A stretch of DNA of 64,000 bases. Origin: Candidatus Methanomethylophilaceae archaeon (GTDB lineage: Archaea; Thermoplasmatota; Thermoplasmata; Methanomassiliicoccales; Methanomethylophilaceae). The notes beneath the pieces are model-generated. The model was given only the letters and a program-made list of their open reading frames with translations, had not been told where the DNA came from and did not search any database. Positions 1 through 11,518 of this stretch are shown in pieces. Each line of letters starts with the position of its first letter. Position 1 is the first letter of the stretch. The DNA is taken from the NCBI GenBank assembly GCA_944320495.1, contig CALUHR010000006.1, positions 31,275 through 95,274 of the forward strand. Reading direction: 5' to 3'. A program made the position numbers and the translations under genes.

Positions 1-40
1 TCGACCCACCTTTTCTCTCATCGTTGTCAAAGGCATTCCA

Positions 41-487
41 TCGGACCAGGTCGTGCAGGCGTGCGTGGTCCCTTTTCATGGCATCGAACTCAGCATTCGG
101 ACAATTCCTTTCCAGGACCTGCAGGGCTCTCGCAACATCCCTCGGAGAGATGGCGATCATGTCCCCGCGGCCGTGGCCGTACCAGACCTGGACGCATCTC
201 GTATGCGGACTGCTCACTTCAACGACTCTCCGGATGTCGACATAGAGGACGCGACTCCTTCCCTACTGGATCGGATCACGCACAGTGATGCCGGTCCCAT
301 CGAACGCATAGCATGTCAAGGAAGGAATCATGACGAGGTAGAGCTCGATGAAGAACAGGATCCCGATCATCAGCCGACACCTCTCCGGCATTGCCAGTAT
401 CATCAGGAGCACGATGACGAGCGAGAGCACCATGCACAGATGGATTGCGGGACCTGCCCTACCTCTCAATCTGATGATGTCGGACAT
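41..487 (-). CDS. Small membrane protein with possible PH-like C-terminal domain; in-frame TAG at 263-265; ends at CGA 41-43
   Basis: ATG at 487, two hydrophobic segments. After the TAG the frame stays open with plausible sequence (GRSRVLYVDIRRVVEV...ISPRDVARALQVL). Domain call is inference. Confidence 0.5.
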
Positions 488-530
488 GGATAACCCATCT
501 TCTGTATGAGATTCGTCAGAGTCGATGTTC

Positions 531-2822
531 TCGGAAATCGAAGAGGCTGGCCTGTCTCGGGCCCGCCTCGCCCTTGCCTTCTTCCTTCTTCTCTTCGACG
601 ACGGTCTCGGAGGGTGCGTCTGCATCGCCGGGCTCCCCGTATGCGGCGGCCATCTCGTCGATCAGCGCCTCCTCCTCGGATGGGGACGTGTATCCGACCG
701 GCTCCGCCGACTTTCCCGCCTGCCTGAGCATGGCCTCCGCCATCCCTCTGCCGATCCCGGGGACCGTCGACAGCACCGACACGTCGGAGGCGGCGACCTC
801 CGCCTTGGTCCTGATCCCCCTGTCGAAGAGGGCCCTGGCCCTGGCCCTGCCGATGCCACGGAGGGACACGAGGTCCATCAGCTCCTCCTTTACGCCGTAG
901 CGTATCCTGGTGGAGAGCGGTCTGATCCTTCTGATCGCGGGCGGGTTGAAGATGTAGGCGATCTCGCCCATGGCGTAGATCATCCAGTCCATCATGTCGA
1001 TGCGGCTGCGGATGTCGCCGGGTCCGATGCCGAACCCCGAGGTCATGGTGCCCTCCGGCACCTCCGAGATCCAGTCCTCGGTGACCAAGGCGACCTTCAG
1101 GTCGCTGCCGAAGAGCTCGTACATGTAGTCGTCGCGCTCCGCCGGGTCCACCAGCAGATCATCCTCGTGCTCCGCCTCGAACGCGGACACGCGCTCCTCG
1201 TCGCACTTCTTGGGGTACATGCCGAGCACGTCGGGAGTCATGGCGGCCGCCACGAGTATCAGCAGCTCGTCCGTGTCCTCATCCATCTTCATCACGGCGT
1301 CCCTGAGGATGGAGGCGGACTCGGGGTCGATGCACAGGTCGGAGACCCTCCTCCCGAACGGGAGGACCTCAATCGTCCCTCCCTGGCGGCGGACCATCTG
1401 CTCCCTCTCCAGGAAGTCGACGACGCTCTCCACCGCGCTCTCCACTCCGAACATCTGGGACGTGGCCCCGTAGAACGTGCGGCGCAGGAACTCCACGATG
1501 GATTCCTCGGAGTCGGCGTCGCCGGTCGCGAGAACCCCAAGGATGTGCGTCCTGATGACGTTCCCGTTGAACAGCTGGGACTGCACCCTCTCCGTGTCGT
1601 GCTCGATGTAGTCCTCCCTCAGATGGCCGGCGTCGCGGACGTTCTTCGCCATGAGGACGGCCTCGCCGTAGGGGTCGTATCCCGGCCTCCCGGCGCGTCC
1701 GCACATCTGCTTGACCTCCATCACCGGGATGGGCACGCTGCCTCCGTTCTCGAAGCGGGTGGTGTCCCTCACGATGACCCTGCGGGCCGGGAGGTTGATC
1801 CCGGCGGCGAGCGTCGGCGTCGCGACGATGCACTTGATCAGCCCCGACTTGAAACCGTCCTCCACGGTGCGGCGCTGCCTGTAGGTAAGCCCCGCGTTGT
1901 GGAACGCAGCCCCTCCTGCAACGCACTGAGCCAGCTTCCTGCCGACATCGGTGGCCTCCGCATCCCCCTCGAGGGCGGACCTCTCCGCCGCCGACAGGGC
2001 CCTGCCGTGGCCATGTGCCAGCTTCTCGGCGAGACGTGATGCTGCGGCCTCTGTGGACCTGCGGGAGCTGACGAAGACCAGGCACTGCCCGCCCGAGTCC
2101 AGGGTCTGCATGACGAGAGCCTCCAGATCGTCCTTCGGATTGGGGACGTCCAGGGATGACCCGTCGTCGAAAGTGATCCTCCCGTCCAGGTAGACGCCCT
2201 CCCTAAGGGGGACCGGCCTCCATGAGCTCCTGACCAGGTCCGCGTCCAGCCAGTTGGCCAGGTCGATGGCGTTGGAGATGGTCGCCGACAGGGCGATGAT
2301 CTGGAGATCCGGGTTCCTGCCCATCATCTTGGTCAGCGTGACCTCGAGCGTGGGCCCCCTCCCCGGGTCGTGGATCATGTGGACCTCATCCGCGATGACG
2401 AGTCTCACGTCCCTCATCCAGGGGCTCCCGTGCCTGATCATGGAGTCGGCCTTCTCGGAGGTGGCGACCACCACATCGGCATCGGACAGCCCGCGGTCGT
2501 CACTGTCCAGATCCCCGGTGCTCATGTGAATCCTGAATCCCAGCCTCTCGGAGAAGACGTCGAAGTCGTCCCTCTTCTCGGCGGCGAGAGCCTTCAGCGG
2601 AACGATGTAGAGGACCTTCCCGCCGCGCTGTGCCAGCAGCTTGAGGGCGGGGACCATGCCGATGAGCGACTTCCCGCTCGCCGTCGGTATGGCGGCGACT
2701 AGGTTCCTCCCCTCAAGGGCTTTGGGTATAGCCTCGGCCTGCGGGGGATGGAGCTCCCTGAACCCTGCGGACATGAGCGCGTCCGCGACCGAGTCCGGGA
2801 TGTCCAGCTCATCGACCCTCAT
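531..2822 (-). CDS. hel308: Ski2-like SF2 helicase Hel308/Hjm
   Basis: Walker A IPTASGKS, DEVH, TPTLAAGINLPA, QMCGRAGRP, C-terminal HhH. Ends QASLFDF then CGA (531-533); standard-code ORF ends at 516. Confidence 0.95.
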
Positions 2823-2928
2823 ATCGACTGGAACCGTGGGGCATCATTTCTAGCTAACGGGTAGAGTCGGCGTTTCCGGAGCAAACCTACGCGCATCTAT
2901 AAGAAGGGGGGCATTATGGGGTGTCAGA

Positions 2929-4008
2929 ATGAGCCCCAAGAGCGTTTCTTTTCTGGCAATTGCACTCGTGGCGATACTCGCCGCGCCGGTCATGTCCGCC
3001 GTGGCGGATGCGGACGCCGGACAGAGCTCCGGATTCTACCGCGACCAGCTGGACGCCAACGGTCAGGGGCTCTACGATGAGGTCGCTGCGACCCTCGCCG
3101 CACTCGAGGAGGCCCCAGTCAACGAGGCCAAGATCTCGTACATCATGTCCTCCGTCCCATCGACAGAGGCGGACGCCGTCTCCTACGCGCAGTCCGTCGT
3201 GTCCGACGCGCTGGCCGCCCTGTACCTTTGCGACCCCTCGTACGTCTGGCTGTGGGACTACCCCATCTCGAATGTGGCGATCGGCACGTCGTCCTTCGAT
3301 CCCGTTTCCGGGACCATCGCGGTCACGTTCTCGCTGGCCGTCCCGGACAGGTACGCCGACGACCCCGAGACCGAGGCCAACGAGCTCGCGGAGACGATCG
3401 CCGACTTCAGGGGGAAGATCGAGGTCTTCGAGGGCGATGCGCTCTCGATCGTGCAGTCGGTCAACGACGTCCTCAGGGACACCAGGGTCTCGGACGACCA
3501 GGAGGCCACCGAGGATCAGGAGGCGACCGTCAGCAGTCCCCTGGACGCACTGAACGGGGAGTCCTCGTCCGCGGGCATCGCCGCGGCCTTCACCGTGCTC
3601 TGCAACGCCAGCGGTCTGGAGTGCGTAACCGTGAGGGGATACGCCCCCTCGGACGATGCCGAGGACGGGAGGGAGACCGTCTACTGGAACCTCGTCATGT
3701 ACGAGGGCGGATGGTACGGCGTGGACTGCACCCTCAACTCGGAGGAGGCCAAGAACTGCCTCCTCGCCGGGTCCTCCACCAGGATGGTCGTCGGTGGCAC
3801 CTACGAGAGGTTCGGCGGCATACGTGCGGCCGACCTCGACATGGCGGACCCGAACTCGCTCGAGGCCCCGTCCATGACCGTGGTCGGATACGAGTGGCCG
3901 GACGACAGCACCTTCCTCGAGAAGTACGGACTCTACATCATACTGGTCCTGATGTGCGCCATCATCTTCGGCGTGCTCATACACGCGATGCGCAACGGCG
4001 CACTATGA
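2929..4008 (+). CDS. Secreted, membrane-anchored transglutaminase-like protein with altered catalytic residues
   Basis: Signal peptide, C-terminal TM helix, motifs resembling G-x-C-x-GYA (here GESSSAGIA), WNLV and WYGVD. Confidence 0.7.
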   Translation: MSPKSVSFLAIALVAILAAPVMSAVADADAGQSSGFYRDQLDANGQGLYDEVAATLAALEEAPVNEAKISYIMSSVPSTEADAVSYAQSVVSDALAALYLCDPSYVWLWDYPISNVAIGTSSFDPVSGTIAVTFSLAVPDRYADDPETEANELAETIADFRGKIEVFEGDALSIVQSVNDVLRDTRVSDDQEATEDQEATVSSPLDALNGESSSAGIAAAFTVLCNASGLECVTVRGYAPSDDAEDGRETVYWNLVMYEGGWYGVDCTLNSEEAKNCLLAGSSTRMVVGGTYERFGGIRAADLDMADPNSLEAPSMTVVGYEWPDDSTFLEKYGLYIILVLMCAIIFGVLIHAMRNGAL

Positions 4009-4071
4009 ATCCGCGGGAGTTATGAATGACTATTAATACAAGAACAAACACAGTGATTTCAGGAGGATATC

Positions 4072-6177
4072 ATGGCTGAGAAGAAGGCTGAACCGAAGCT
4101 CTCGACCAGGTCCGTGGAGGAATGGGCCGAGGACCAGACGTTCACCACCACCGAGGAGATCGAGATACCCAAGCTGATGGCTGACCGTGTCATCGGCCAG
4201 GAGGATGCGGTGGAGGTCATGAGGAAGGCGGCCGGTCAGAAGAGGCATGTCATGCTCATCGGCGAGCCCGGTACCGGGAAGTCCATGCTGGCGAACTCCA
4301 TGGTCGAGTACCTTCCCAAGGAGGAGCTCCAGGACATCGTCGCCTACCACAACCCCGAGGACTTCAACGAGCCGAGGATAAGGGTTTTCCCCGCCGGCAA
4401 GGGCAAGGCAGTGGTCGCCGAGCAGAAGGCAGCCGCTGCGGCGCAGAAGAACCAGCGCAACACCGTGTACATCTACGCGTGCCTCGGGCTGGTCCTGCTC
4501 GGAGTCCTGGGCGCAATCCTGTTCAGCAACCTGACCATCGCGCTCATCGCCATGATGGCCGCATTCCTGATCCTGATCCTCTTCAGGGGGAACGGTCCGG
4601 CGCCCAGAGAGACTGCCATCGTCCCCAAGCTCCTGGTCGGCCACGATCCGGGCGACCTCCCGCCGTTCATAGACGCCACCGGCACCCATGCCGGAGCGCT
4701 GCTCGGCGACGTCAGGCACGACCCGTTCCAGTCCGGAGGACTCGAGACCCCGTCCCACGACAGGATCGAGCCAGGGGACATCCACAAGGCCAACAAGGGA
4801 GTCCTCTACATCGACGAGATCAACATGCTGAGGATGGAGTCCCAGCAGGCTCTGCTCACCGCCATGCAGGAGAAGAAGATGGCCATCACTGGCCAGTCCG
4901 AGCGCTCCTCCGGTGCGCTGGTCAAGTCCGAGCCCGTCCCCTGCGACTTCGTGCTCGTGTGCGCTGGTAATCTGGACGCGCTCCAGGGAATGCATCCCGC
5001 TCTCAGGTCGAGGATACGCGGATACGGATACGAGGTGTACATGCGCAGCACCATGCCGGACACCGAGGAGAACCGTGACAACATCACCCGTTTCGTCGCC
5101 CAGGAGGTCCGCAAGGACGGGAAGATCCCCCACTTCGACAAGTATGCCGTCGGGGAGATCCTCAGGGAGGCCCAGCGCCGCTCCGGCAGGAAGGGGGAGC
5201 TCACCCTCAGGATGAGGGAGCTCGGAGGACTCATCCGCGTCAGCGGGGACGTCGCCATCAGGCGCGGGGGCAAGTTCGTCACCGCCGCCGACGTCAATGC
5301 CGCAAGGGTCACCGCCCGCAGCCTCGAGCAGCAGATCGCGGACAGGTCCGTGGAGGCAATGAAGTCCTACTCCCTGTTCCAGACCTCCGGCACTGCGGTC
5401 GGCATGATCAACGGTCTCGCTGCGCTCAATGCCAGCTCCAACATGGCGGAGTACTCCGGAATCGTGCTCCCCCTCGTGGCCGAGGTCACCCCGTCCCAGG
5501 TCAAGCGCTCCGGGCACGTTATCGCGACCGGTCAGCTGGGGACCATCGCCAAGGAGGCGGTGGACAACATCCTGTCCGTCATCAAGAAGTACACCATGAC
5601 GAACCTGTCCGACTGCGACATCCACCTGCAGTACGTCGGCACCTACGACGGTGTCGAGGGCGACTCCGCGTCCATCACCATGGCGACCGTCATCATCTCC
5701 GCGCTGGAGAACATCCCCATCCGCCAGGACCTGGCCATGACCGGGTCCCTGAACGTCAGGGGCAAGGTCCTGCCCGTCGGGGGCGTCACCGCCAAGCTGG
5801 AGGCCGCCGCCGAGTCCGGGATCAGGATGGCGATCATCCCCAAGGACAACGCCAAGGACGTCATGATCCAGAACAGGTACTACGAGACGATGGAGATCTA
5901 CACGGTGCAGACCATCCGCGACGTGTTCGAGCTCGCCTTCGCCGACTGCCCCATGAAGCAGCAGTACCTGGACAAGCTCCAGCCGCTCATGGTCGACGGC
6001 AGGTCGACCTACGAGAGGCTAGAGCCCCCGAAGAAGATGCCCACCCTCGAGGAGCTCGAGGCGGAGCACCCGCCCGTGGAGCCCGCCGCTCCCGCCGAGG
6101 CGCCCGCGCAGGAGCCCCAGATCGAGGTCCCGGCCCCTGTCGAGACCCCGGTGCCCGGCAACCCGGCGCCCCAGTGA
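4072..6177 (+). CDS. lonB: Archaeal membrane-bound Lon protease (LonB)
   Basis: Walker A GEPGTGKS, two TM helices inside the AAA domain, GDSAS catalytic Ser, Pro/Ala-rich tail. Confidence 0.95.
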   Translation: MAEKKAEPKLSTRSVEEWAEDQTFTTTEEIEIPKLMADRVIGQEDAVEVMRKAAGQKRHVMLIGEPGTGKSMLANSMVEYLPKEELQDIVAYHNPEDFNEPRIRVFPAGKGKAVVAEQKAAAAAQKNQRNTVYIYACLGLVLLGVLGAILFSNLTIALIAMMAAFLILILFRGNGPAPRETAIVPKLLVGHDPGDLPPFIDATGTHAGALLGDVRHDPFQSGGLETPSHDRIEPGDIHKANKGVLYIDEINMLRMESQQALLTAMQEKKMAITGQSERSSGALVKSEPVPCDFVLVCAGNLDALQGMHPALRSRIRGYGYEVYMRSTMPDTEENRDNITRFVAQEVRKDGKIPHFDKYAVGEILREAQRRSGRKGELTLRMRELGGLIRVSGDVAIRRGGKFVTAADVNAARVTARSLEQQIADRSVEAMKSYSLFQTSGTAVGMINGLAALNASSNMAEYSGIVLPLVAEVTPSQVKRSGHVIATGQLGTIAKEAVDNILSVIKKYTMTNLSDCDIHLQYVGTYDGVEGDSASITMATVIISALENIPIRQDLAMTGSLNVRGKVLPVGGVTAKLEAAAESGIRMAIIPKDNAKDVMIQNRYYETMEIYTVQTIRDVFELAFADCPMKQQYLDKLQPLMVDGRSTYERLEPPKKMPTLEELEAEHPPVEPAAPAEAPAQEPQIEVPAPVETPVPGNPAPQ

Positions 6178-6290
6178 AACCATCGGCCCGAAAGGGCCAT
6201 CTCCCTTTCTTTTAGAGCTACATCAAACGTTGGGACTACCCATCCACCAGACATCTGCTTAAGTACCAATGAGCCGATGTCATGTAGGGT

Positions 6291-8531
6291 ATGGAGATGG
6301 GGGCCAATCATTCGATTCACTTGGTTATAGGAATGGTCGCGATCCTGGCGGTGGCGACGTCGTTCATCGCCATGGACTGCTCAGCGGAGGATCCGTCCGA
6401 TGCTGTCACCATCGAACAAGATGGGATTTTATACGATCTCGAAAGCAGCAATCCTTATGATCCGACGGCCTCCGTGATCGGCTTGGCCGACGGATTCGAT
6501 GGAGACAGCGTCTCGATACCGTCCGAGGTCACATACGGAGGGGATGATTACAGGGTGTGGAACGTATCCTCCGGTGCTTTCGAGGGTCAGACGGGCATCG
6601 TCTCGGTGAAGCTGCCTCAAACAATCTCATATCTGGGACCCCGCGCCTTCGCGGGATGCACCTCCCTGGTGGATATCAACATTCCTAGCAGGGTGACAGT
6701 GCTCCGCGAGACCTTTGTGGGATGCACGTCTCTCGAATCCATCATCCTCACCGGCAACTATTACACCACCTATCTCCAGGGGACCTTTGCGGGATGTGTC
6801 AACCTGAGGGACGTGGCCATATTCTGGACGGTCGAGGTCGGGGACGACACCTTTGCCGGATGCGAATCGCTGACCAACATCTCAACGAATCGCATAGCGA
6901 GCCTCGGGGACCGTTCCTTCATGGGCTGCACCTCGCTCGAAAGTCTGGACCTCGGGAGTCTGAATCTTCACGGCGGGATATCCGAGATAGGCGACAGCGC
7001 GTTCGCTGGATGTAGTTCGCTGACATCTGTCGACATACGCGATCCGAGCCATCTGAGGGTTGGGGACAGGGCCTTCGCGGACTGCATCTCGCTCTCATCC
7101 GTCAGCATAGACGAAGGAGTGGAATCTCTCGGGGACGGTGTGTTCTCTGGATGCGCCTCCCTGTCATCCATCTCGTTCCTGGACGATTCGTGTGAGGTGG
7201 GAAAGGACGTCTTCCTCGGCTACGGGTCCATCTCCCATGTTCGGATACACAGTCCGGAGGTCCTCGGTCAACTGGCTCTCGGTGACGGTCTTGTGACCCT
7301 GGCCGTCGGAGGGGGCATCACTGACATCTCCGGAACGTTGTTCCCAGCCCTCGCTAACCTCAGGACGCTCGTGATCGAGGATGGCGTCGAGTCAGTGGAC
7401 GACGGCGCATTCACAGGCTCCCACGGTCTGGAGCTCATCGCGGTCCCCGGATCCCTTGCGACTATAGGGGAATCTGCCTTCGATGTGGAGGGGCAGTGCA
7501 TGGTGGCCGGTCCGGACGGCTGCCTCGATTCGGCAGGTGTGGCCGATCCGCACTACGGGAACCTGATAGTCTACGACGTCTCCGGAAGGCCGGACATGGT
7601 GAGCCATCGTTTGTACGGCTGGGCCGAACCAGGGGACGCGGTGGTCCCCGGGATCGAGGACCTGGACGGATGCACGGTCGCTGTCACCATCGGCGAAGAG
7701 GAAGTCCGTGACGGATTCACCATGCCCGACAGCGATGTGAGCGTGAACGTCAGATACGATGATGGTCAGCGTTTTGTGGCGTACTTCGATCGCAACGTCC
7801 TCGTTTCCTATTACTGGGTGCACATCGGGGACCAGATTCCGATCCCGGAGGATCCCCACATCGCCAGTTCGGATGATTACACATACGAGTTCACCGGATG
7901 GCGCGATCTCGTTCCCGGTGACGTCGTCACGGGCAGCGTGTGGCTCAATTCCGAATACAGAGCAATCCTCACTGATGATTCTGGAGCCGAGACAATCGAC
8001 GGCATCATAGAGTTCGATGATGCGATCGACTTTCCGCTCCACATACCCGGGGATGTAGCTCACGATTTGCTCGCCAGGACGATCGTGGAGGGGGCGGACG
8101 GGGTCTCCTTCTCACTGAGCTCCGGATATAATATTGTGTGGATCACATTGGATGCCGGGGATCTGGCCAATATCGATGAAGACGGTCTGACCATCAGCAT
8201 ATCCCAGCCCGATCTCTTCCTCTATCATGTGGACCTGGATGCATCCGAAGGTGTGACTGTCGACGTAGACCTTCCATGGAGGTCGTCCGATATGACGACG
8301 ACTGTGGATCTCGTCGGAGAGGATGGTTCGCTGCAGAGGCAGGAGAGCAGCAGTGTCTGGCACGGCTGGCGCTTTGTAAGGTTCACCGTGAGCGAATCTG
8401 GAACATATCAGACGGACAACAGTGGGATAGATTCGGATCGCGGGTTCATGATCGTATTGGGGGTGTTCGTCCTCCTGGTGGCTGTTGCCACGGTTGTCTC
8501 CATCTACGTCAGGAACAGGGAGCATTCCTGA
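6291..8531 (+). CDS. BspA-type leucine-rich-repeat surface protein
   Basis: Signal peptide, repeated IGxxAFxGCxSLxSI units, C-terminal TM anchor. Confidence 0.85.
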   Translation: MEMGANHSIHLVIGMVAILAVATSFIAMDCSAEDPSDAVTIEQDGILYDLESSNPYDPTASVIGLADGFDGDSVSIPSEVTYGGDDYRVWNVSSGAFEGQTGIVSVKLPQTISYLGPRAFAGCTSLVDINIPSRVTVLRETFVGCTSLESIILTGNYYTTYLQGTFAGCVNLRDVAIFWTVEVGDDTFAGCESLTNISTNRIASLGDRSFMGCTSLESLDLGSLNLHGGISEIGDSAFAGCSSLTSVDIRDPSHLRVGDRAFADCISLSSVSIDEGVESLGDGVFSGCASLSSISFLDDSCEVGKDVFLGYGSISHVRIHSPEVLGQLALGDGLVTLAVGGGITDISGTLFPALANLRTLVIEDGVESVDDGAFTGSHGLELIAVPGSLATIGESAFDVEGQCMVAGPDGCLDSAGVADPHYGNLIVYDVSGRPDMVSHRLYGWAEPGDAVVPGIEDLDGCTVAVTIGEEEVRDGFTMPDSDVSVNVRYDDGQRFVAYFDRNVLVSYYWVHIGDQIPIPEDPHIASSDDYTYEFTGWRDLVPGDVVTGSVWLNSEYRAILTDDSGAETIDGIIEFDDAIDFPLHIPGDVAHDLLARTIVEGADGVSFSLSSGYNIVWITLDAGDLANIDEDGLTISISQPDLFLYHVDLDASEGVTVDVDLPWRSSDMTTTVDLVGEDGSLQRQESSSVWHGWRFVRFTVSESGTYQTDNSGIDSDRGFMIVLGVFVLLVAVATVVSIYVRNREHS

Positions 8532-8659
8532 TGGCAAACAAATCTGTACGACATTGGCGTACGATCGCCTCCGTCCGTGATCGCATGGTCCGGACGGAGG
8601 GTCTTCACTCCGATTTCCATCCATCAACCGTAAATAGGACGCACCCGCCTCTCTGATAC

Positions 8660-9261
8660 ATGGACCTCGAGATCGCTGCCTCCGCGCTGGAGAGCAGGGG
8701 TTACTCAGTGTCGATCCATTCGGACAGGCTTCCGCAAGGGACCACATAGTCTCTGGATGCCGGGGATGCGTGATCGGGTTCGGCGACTCCCGCACTCTGG
8801 AGGCAATGGCCCTCGGCGATGCGCTCTCAGGCTCCTGCACCGTCATCGACCCGGCCCGGACCACGGACAACGACTCATTCCTAGAGGTGGCCCGCTGGGC
8901 GATGTCCGCGGACGTGTTCGTGACATCTGTCAACGCCATGTCCGAGGACGGCGTCATCGTGAACATCGACGGCACCGGCAACAGGGTCGCCGGCTCGCTA
9001 TTCGGTCATCGCAGGATGATCTACGTCATCTCCCGCAACAAGATCGTCCCGGACTTGGATTCCGCCATCGAACGCGCCCGGAACGTCGCCGCACCCATGA
9101 ACGCCAGGAGATACGGTCTCAGGACGCCATGCGTGAGGGACGGCAGGTGTCATGACTGCCGTTCTCCTGACCGTATATGCAACGCGCTCCTCGTCCAGCT
9201 CCGTAGCATGAACGACATGGATGAGGAGGTCGTGCTGATCGACGAGGACCTGGGTTTCCGA
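8660..9261 (+). pseudogene. LUD-domain (LutC/YkgG-like) protein with a one-base frameshift near 8722-8728; ends at CGA 9259-9261
   Basis: N-terminus MDLEIAASALESRGYSV lies in a different frame from ASARDHIV...VIGFGDSRTL...NIDGTGNRVA...DEDLGF. Could be an assembly error. Confidence 0.7.
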
Positions 9262-9268
9262 GGTCCTC

Positions 9269-9742
9269 TCGCATCGATCCTATGCGGGAGTGCAGACCCT
9301 CCTCACCCCAGACGATCCTGTCCAGATCCCCGTCGTTCCTGTCAACGGTTGTGATGATGAAGGACAGCAGGGCGCGGAGGAAGTCTTCGGACGGCACGTT
9401 CCCCTGGTAGGGGCAGACGTACTCGAATGTTACCATCCCCTTGTCAGGATGGAGGACGAAGCATCCCAGTTCGACCTCGCCGTTCAGTGCATTGATCGCC
9501 CGCAGGACCTCTGTCTGCCTCTCCTCCGGGACGGTGATGCCCAGCACCGAGGAGATCGTGAGCCATCCGTTCTCCGCCGTGGCCAGCAGACCAATCTCCA
9601 TGTCATCTCCCGGGATGATGCAGTCGAGGCTCAGCCCGCTCTCATCCCTGTTGCGCTCGTCGGAGACATCCCCGATGATCCTCCAGATGGTCTCGAGCAC
9701 CATCTTGTCAATCTTTCCCTGAAAGTCGAACAGCCCTGCCAT
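9269..9742 (-). CDS. YbjN-like (type III secretion chaperone-fold) protein; ends at CGA 9269-9271
   Basis: Pattern of VLRAINALNGEVELGCFVL...GMVTFEY resembles YbjN; standard-code ORF overruns to 9119. Confidence 0.6.
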
Positions 9743-9803
9743 CGGAATCGCCTACATGTGTCGTATGCATCGTCCCTTTATAGATGGGAGCCAATCGGCA
9801 ATC

Positions 9804-10346
9804 ATGACCCGGAACAGCTACTCCGGGAACTCCCTCGTCATCGGGAGGTTCCAACCGCTCCACAACGGACATATGGAGGTCCTCATGAAGTGCGCGTCCG
9901 AGTCCGAGAGGCTCATCGTGGGCATCGGCAGCGCGCAGTACTCCCACCACCCGTCCAATCCATTCACGGCCGGGGAGCGCTACCTCATGATCGACGAGTC
10001 CCTCAGGGAGGCTGGGATAGACAACTACAGCATCGTCCCCATCGAGGACCTGAACAGATACTCGGTGTGGGTCGCCCACGTGGAGTCGATGTGCCCTCCG
10101 TTCGGCAGGGTCTACACCAACAACCCGATGACCCGCAGGCTATTCGAGGAGGCGGGGTACGAGGTCAGCAATTCCCCCATGTACGACAGGTGTCGCTATT
10201 CGGGCACCGAGATCCGGAGGAGGATCCTCGAGGGCGAGGAGTGGAGGCATCTCGTGCCAGAGGCCACGGCACGCGTCATAGACCAGATAGACGGCGTGGG
10301 GCGCATCGCGGCCATCTTCAAGGGTGATTCCGGTGCTCCCCTCCGA
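9804..10346 (+). CDS. nadM: Nicotinamide-nucleotide adenylyltransferase; ends at CGA 10344-10346
   Basis: IGRFQPLHNGH motif, SNPFTAGER, SGTEIRRRI; standard-code ORF overruns to 10853. Confidence 0.9.
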
Positions 10347-10815
10347 GGTCACCGAGCTTCTGGACATCCTGGGTTCCCGGGGGCTGACCCTCGCATGCGC
10401 CGAATCCTGCACCGGCGGGATGATCGGAGCCGCGATAACCGAGATGCCGGGCGTGTCATCGATTTTCATGGGCAGCGCCGTCACCTACAGCAACGACGCC
10501 AAGGAGTCCATTCTAGGGGTGTCCCACCGGACGCTGCTGGATCACGGCGCGGTGAGCGCCGAGACCGCCGGGGAGATGGTCCGCGGTGCGATGCGCGCCT
10601 ACGGATCGGACACCGCGATCGCGGTCACCGGCATAGCCGGCCCAGGAGGGGCCACGGCGGAGAAGCCGGTCGGGCTTGTGTACATCGCCGTCGCAGACGG
10701 GCCGAGGGTTGTCGTCTCCAGGAACGTCTTCGACGGGGACCGCGCCCATGTCCGCGCATCCACCGTGAGGGAGGCGTGCAGGCTCCTCCGCGAGCTGATC
10801 GAGGGCAGGCTGCGA
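10333..10815 (+). CDS. cinA: CinA/PncC family NMN deamidase; ends at CGA 10813-10815
   Basis: AESCTGG, AVTGIAGPGG, KPVGLVYIAV motifs; GTG start at 10324 or 10333; standard-code ORF overruns to 11553. Confidence 0.88.
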
Positions 10816-10849
10816 CGGATTCTTATCGGCGTCCGGCATCCCGCCGGAT

Positions 10850-11518
10850 ATGAGGTACGAGAGGCAGATCCCAGTCGTAACGGAGGACGGCCAGCGCAGG
10901 ATACAGTCCGCCCGCGTGGGCATCGCCGGATGCGGCGGTCTCGGCGTGAACGTCATAACCAATCTGGTCACCGCGGGGGTCACCCAGTTCGTACTCTGCG
11001 ACCACGATGTGCCGGACATCACGAACCTGAACCGCCAGTACATCTACTATCCGGGCGACATGAGGCCGAAGGCGGAGGTCGCCGCCCAGTGGGTCCTCGC
11101 CCTCAACCCCATAGCGGAGGTGGAGGCGCACGCGCAGCCGTTCTCCAAGGACACAGCATCGATGTTCCTGGGCTGCGACATCATCGTGGACTGCCTCGAC
11201 TCCTTCTCGGCGAGGATGGAGCTCAGCGACTTCGCAGCCGAGAACGACATCCCCTTGGTGCACGGGGGGATCGAGGGTCTGAACGGACAGATGTTCGTCA
11301 TGGTCCCGGGGGAGACGGCCACGCTCCGCGACGTCTACGGCGACAGGAGGGACCCGGAGGGTCCGCTTCCAGCCCTCGGGGCCGCAGTCGCCTGCATCGC
11401 CGCCATGCAGTCCGTCGAGGCCGTCAAGCTGCTCGCCGGGATGCCGTCGGAGGCCCGCGGGAAGCTGATAACCGTGGACATGGGCGGATGGTCCGTAGAG
11501 TCCGCGAGGATATCCTGA
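10850..11518 (+). CDS. ThiF/MoeB family adenylyltransferase
   Basis: RYERQI, GCGGLG, DHDVPDITNLNRQ motifs. Confidence 0.88.
   Translation: MRYERQIPVVTEDGQRRIQSARVGIAGCGGLGVNVITNLVTAGVTQFVLCDHDVPDITNLNRQYIYYPGDMRPKAEVAAQWVLALNPIAEVEAHAQPFSKDTASMFLGCDIIVDCLDSFSARMELSDFAAENDIPLVHGGIEGLNGQMFVMVPGETATLRDVYGDRRDPEGPLPALGAAVACIAAMQSVEAVKLLAGMPSEARGKLITVDMGGWSVESARIS

Noticed and set aside
8531-8656. 42-aa ORF starting in a TGATG overlap after the LRR gene
   Set aside because: No recognisable features, spans a hairpin, and has CGA at codon 7.
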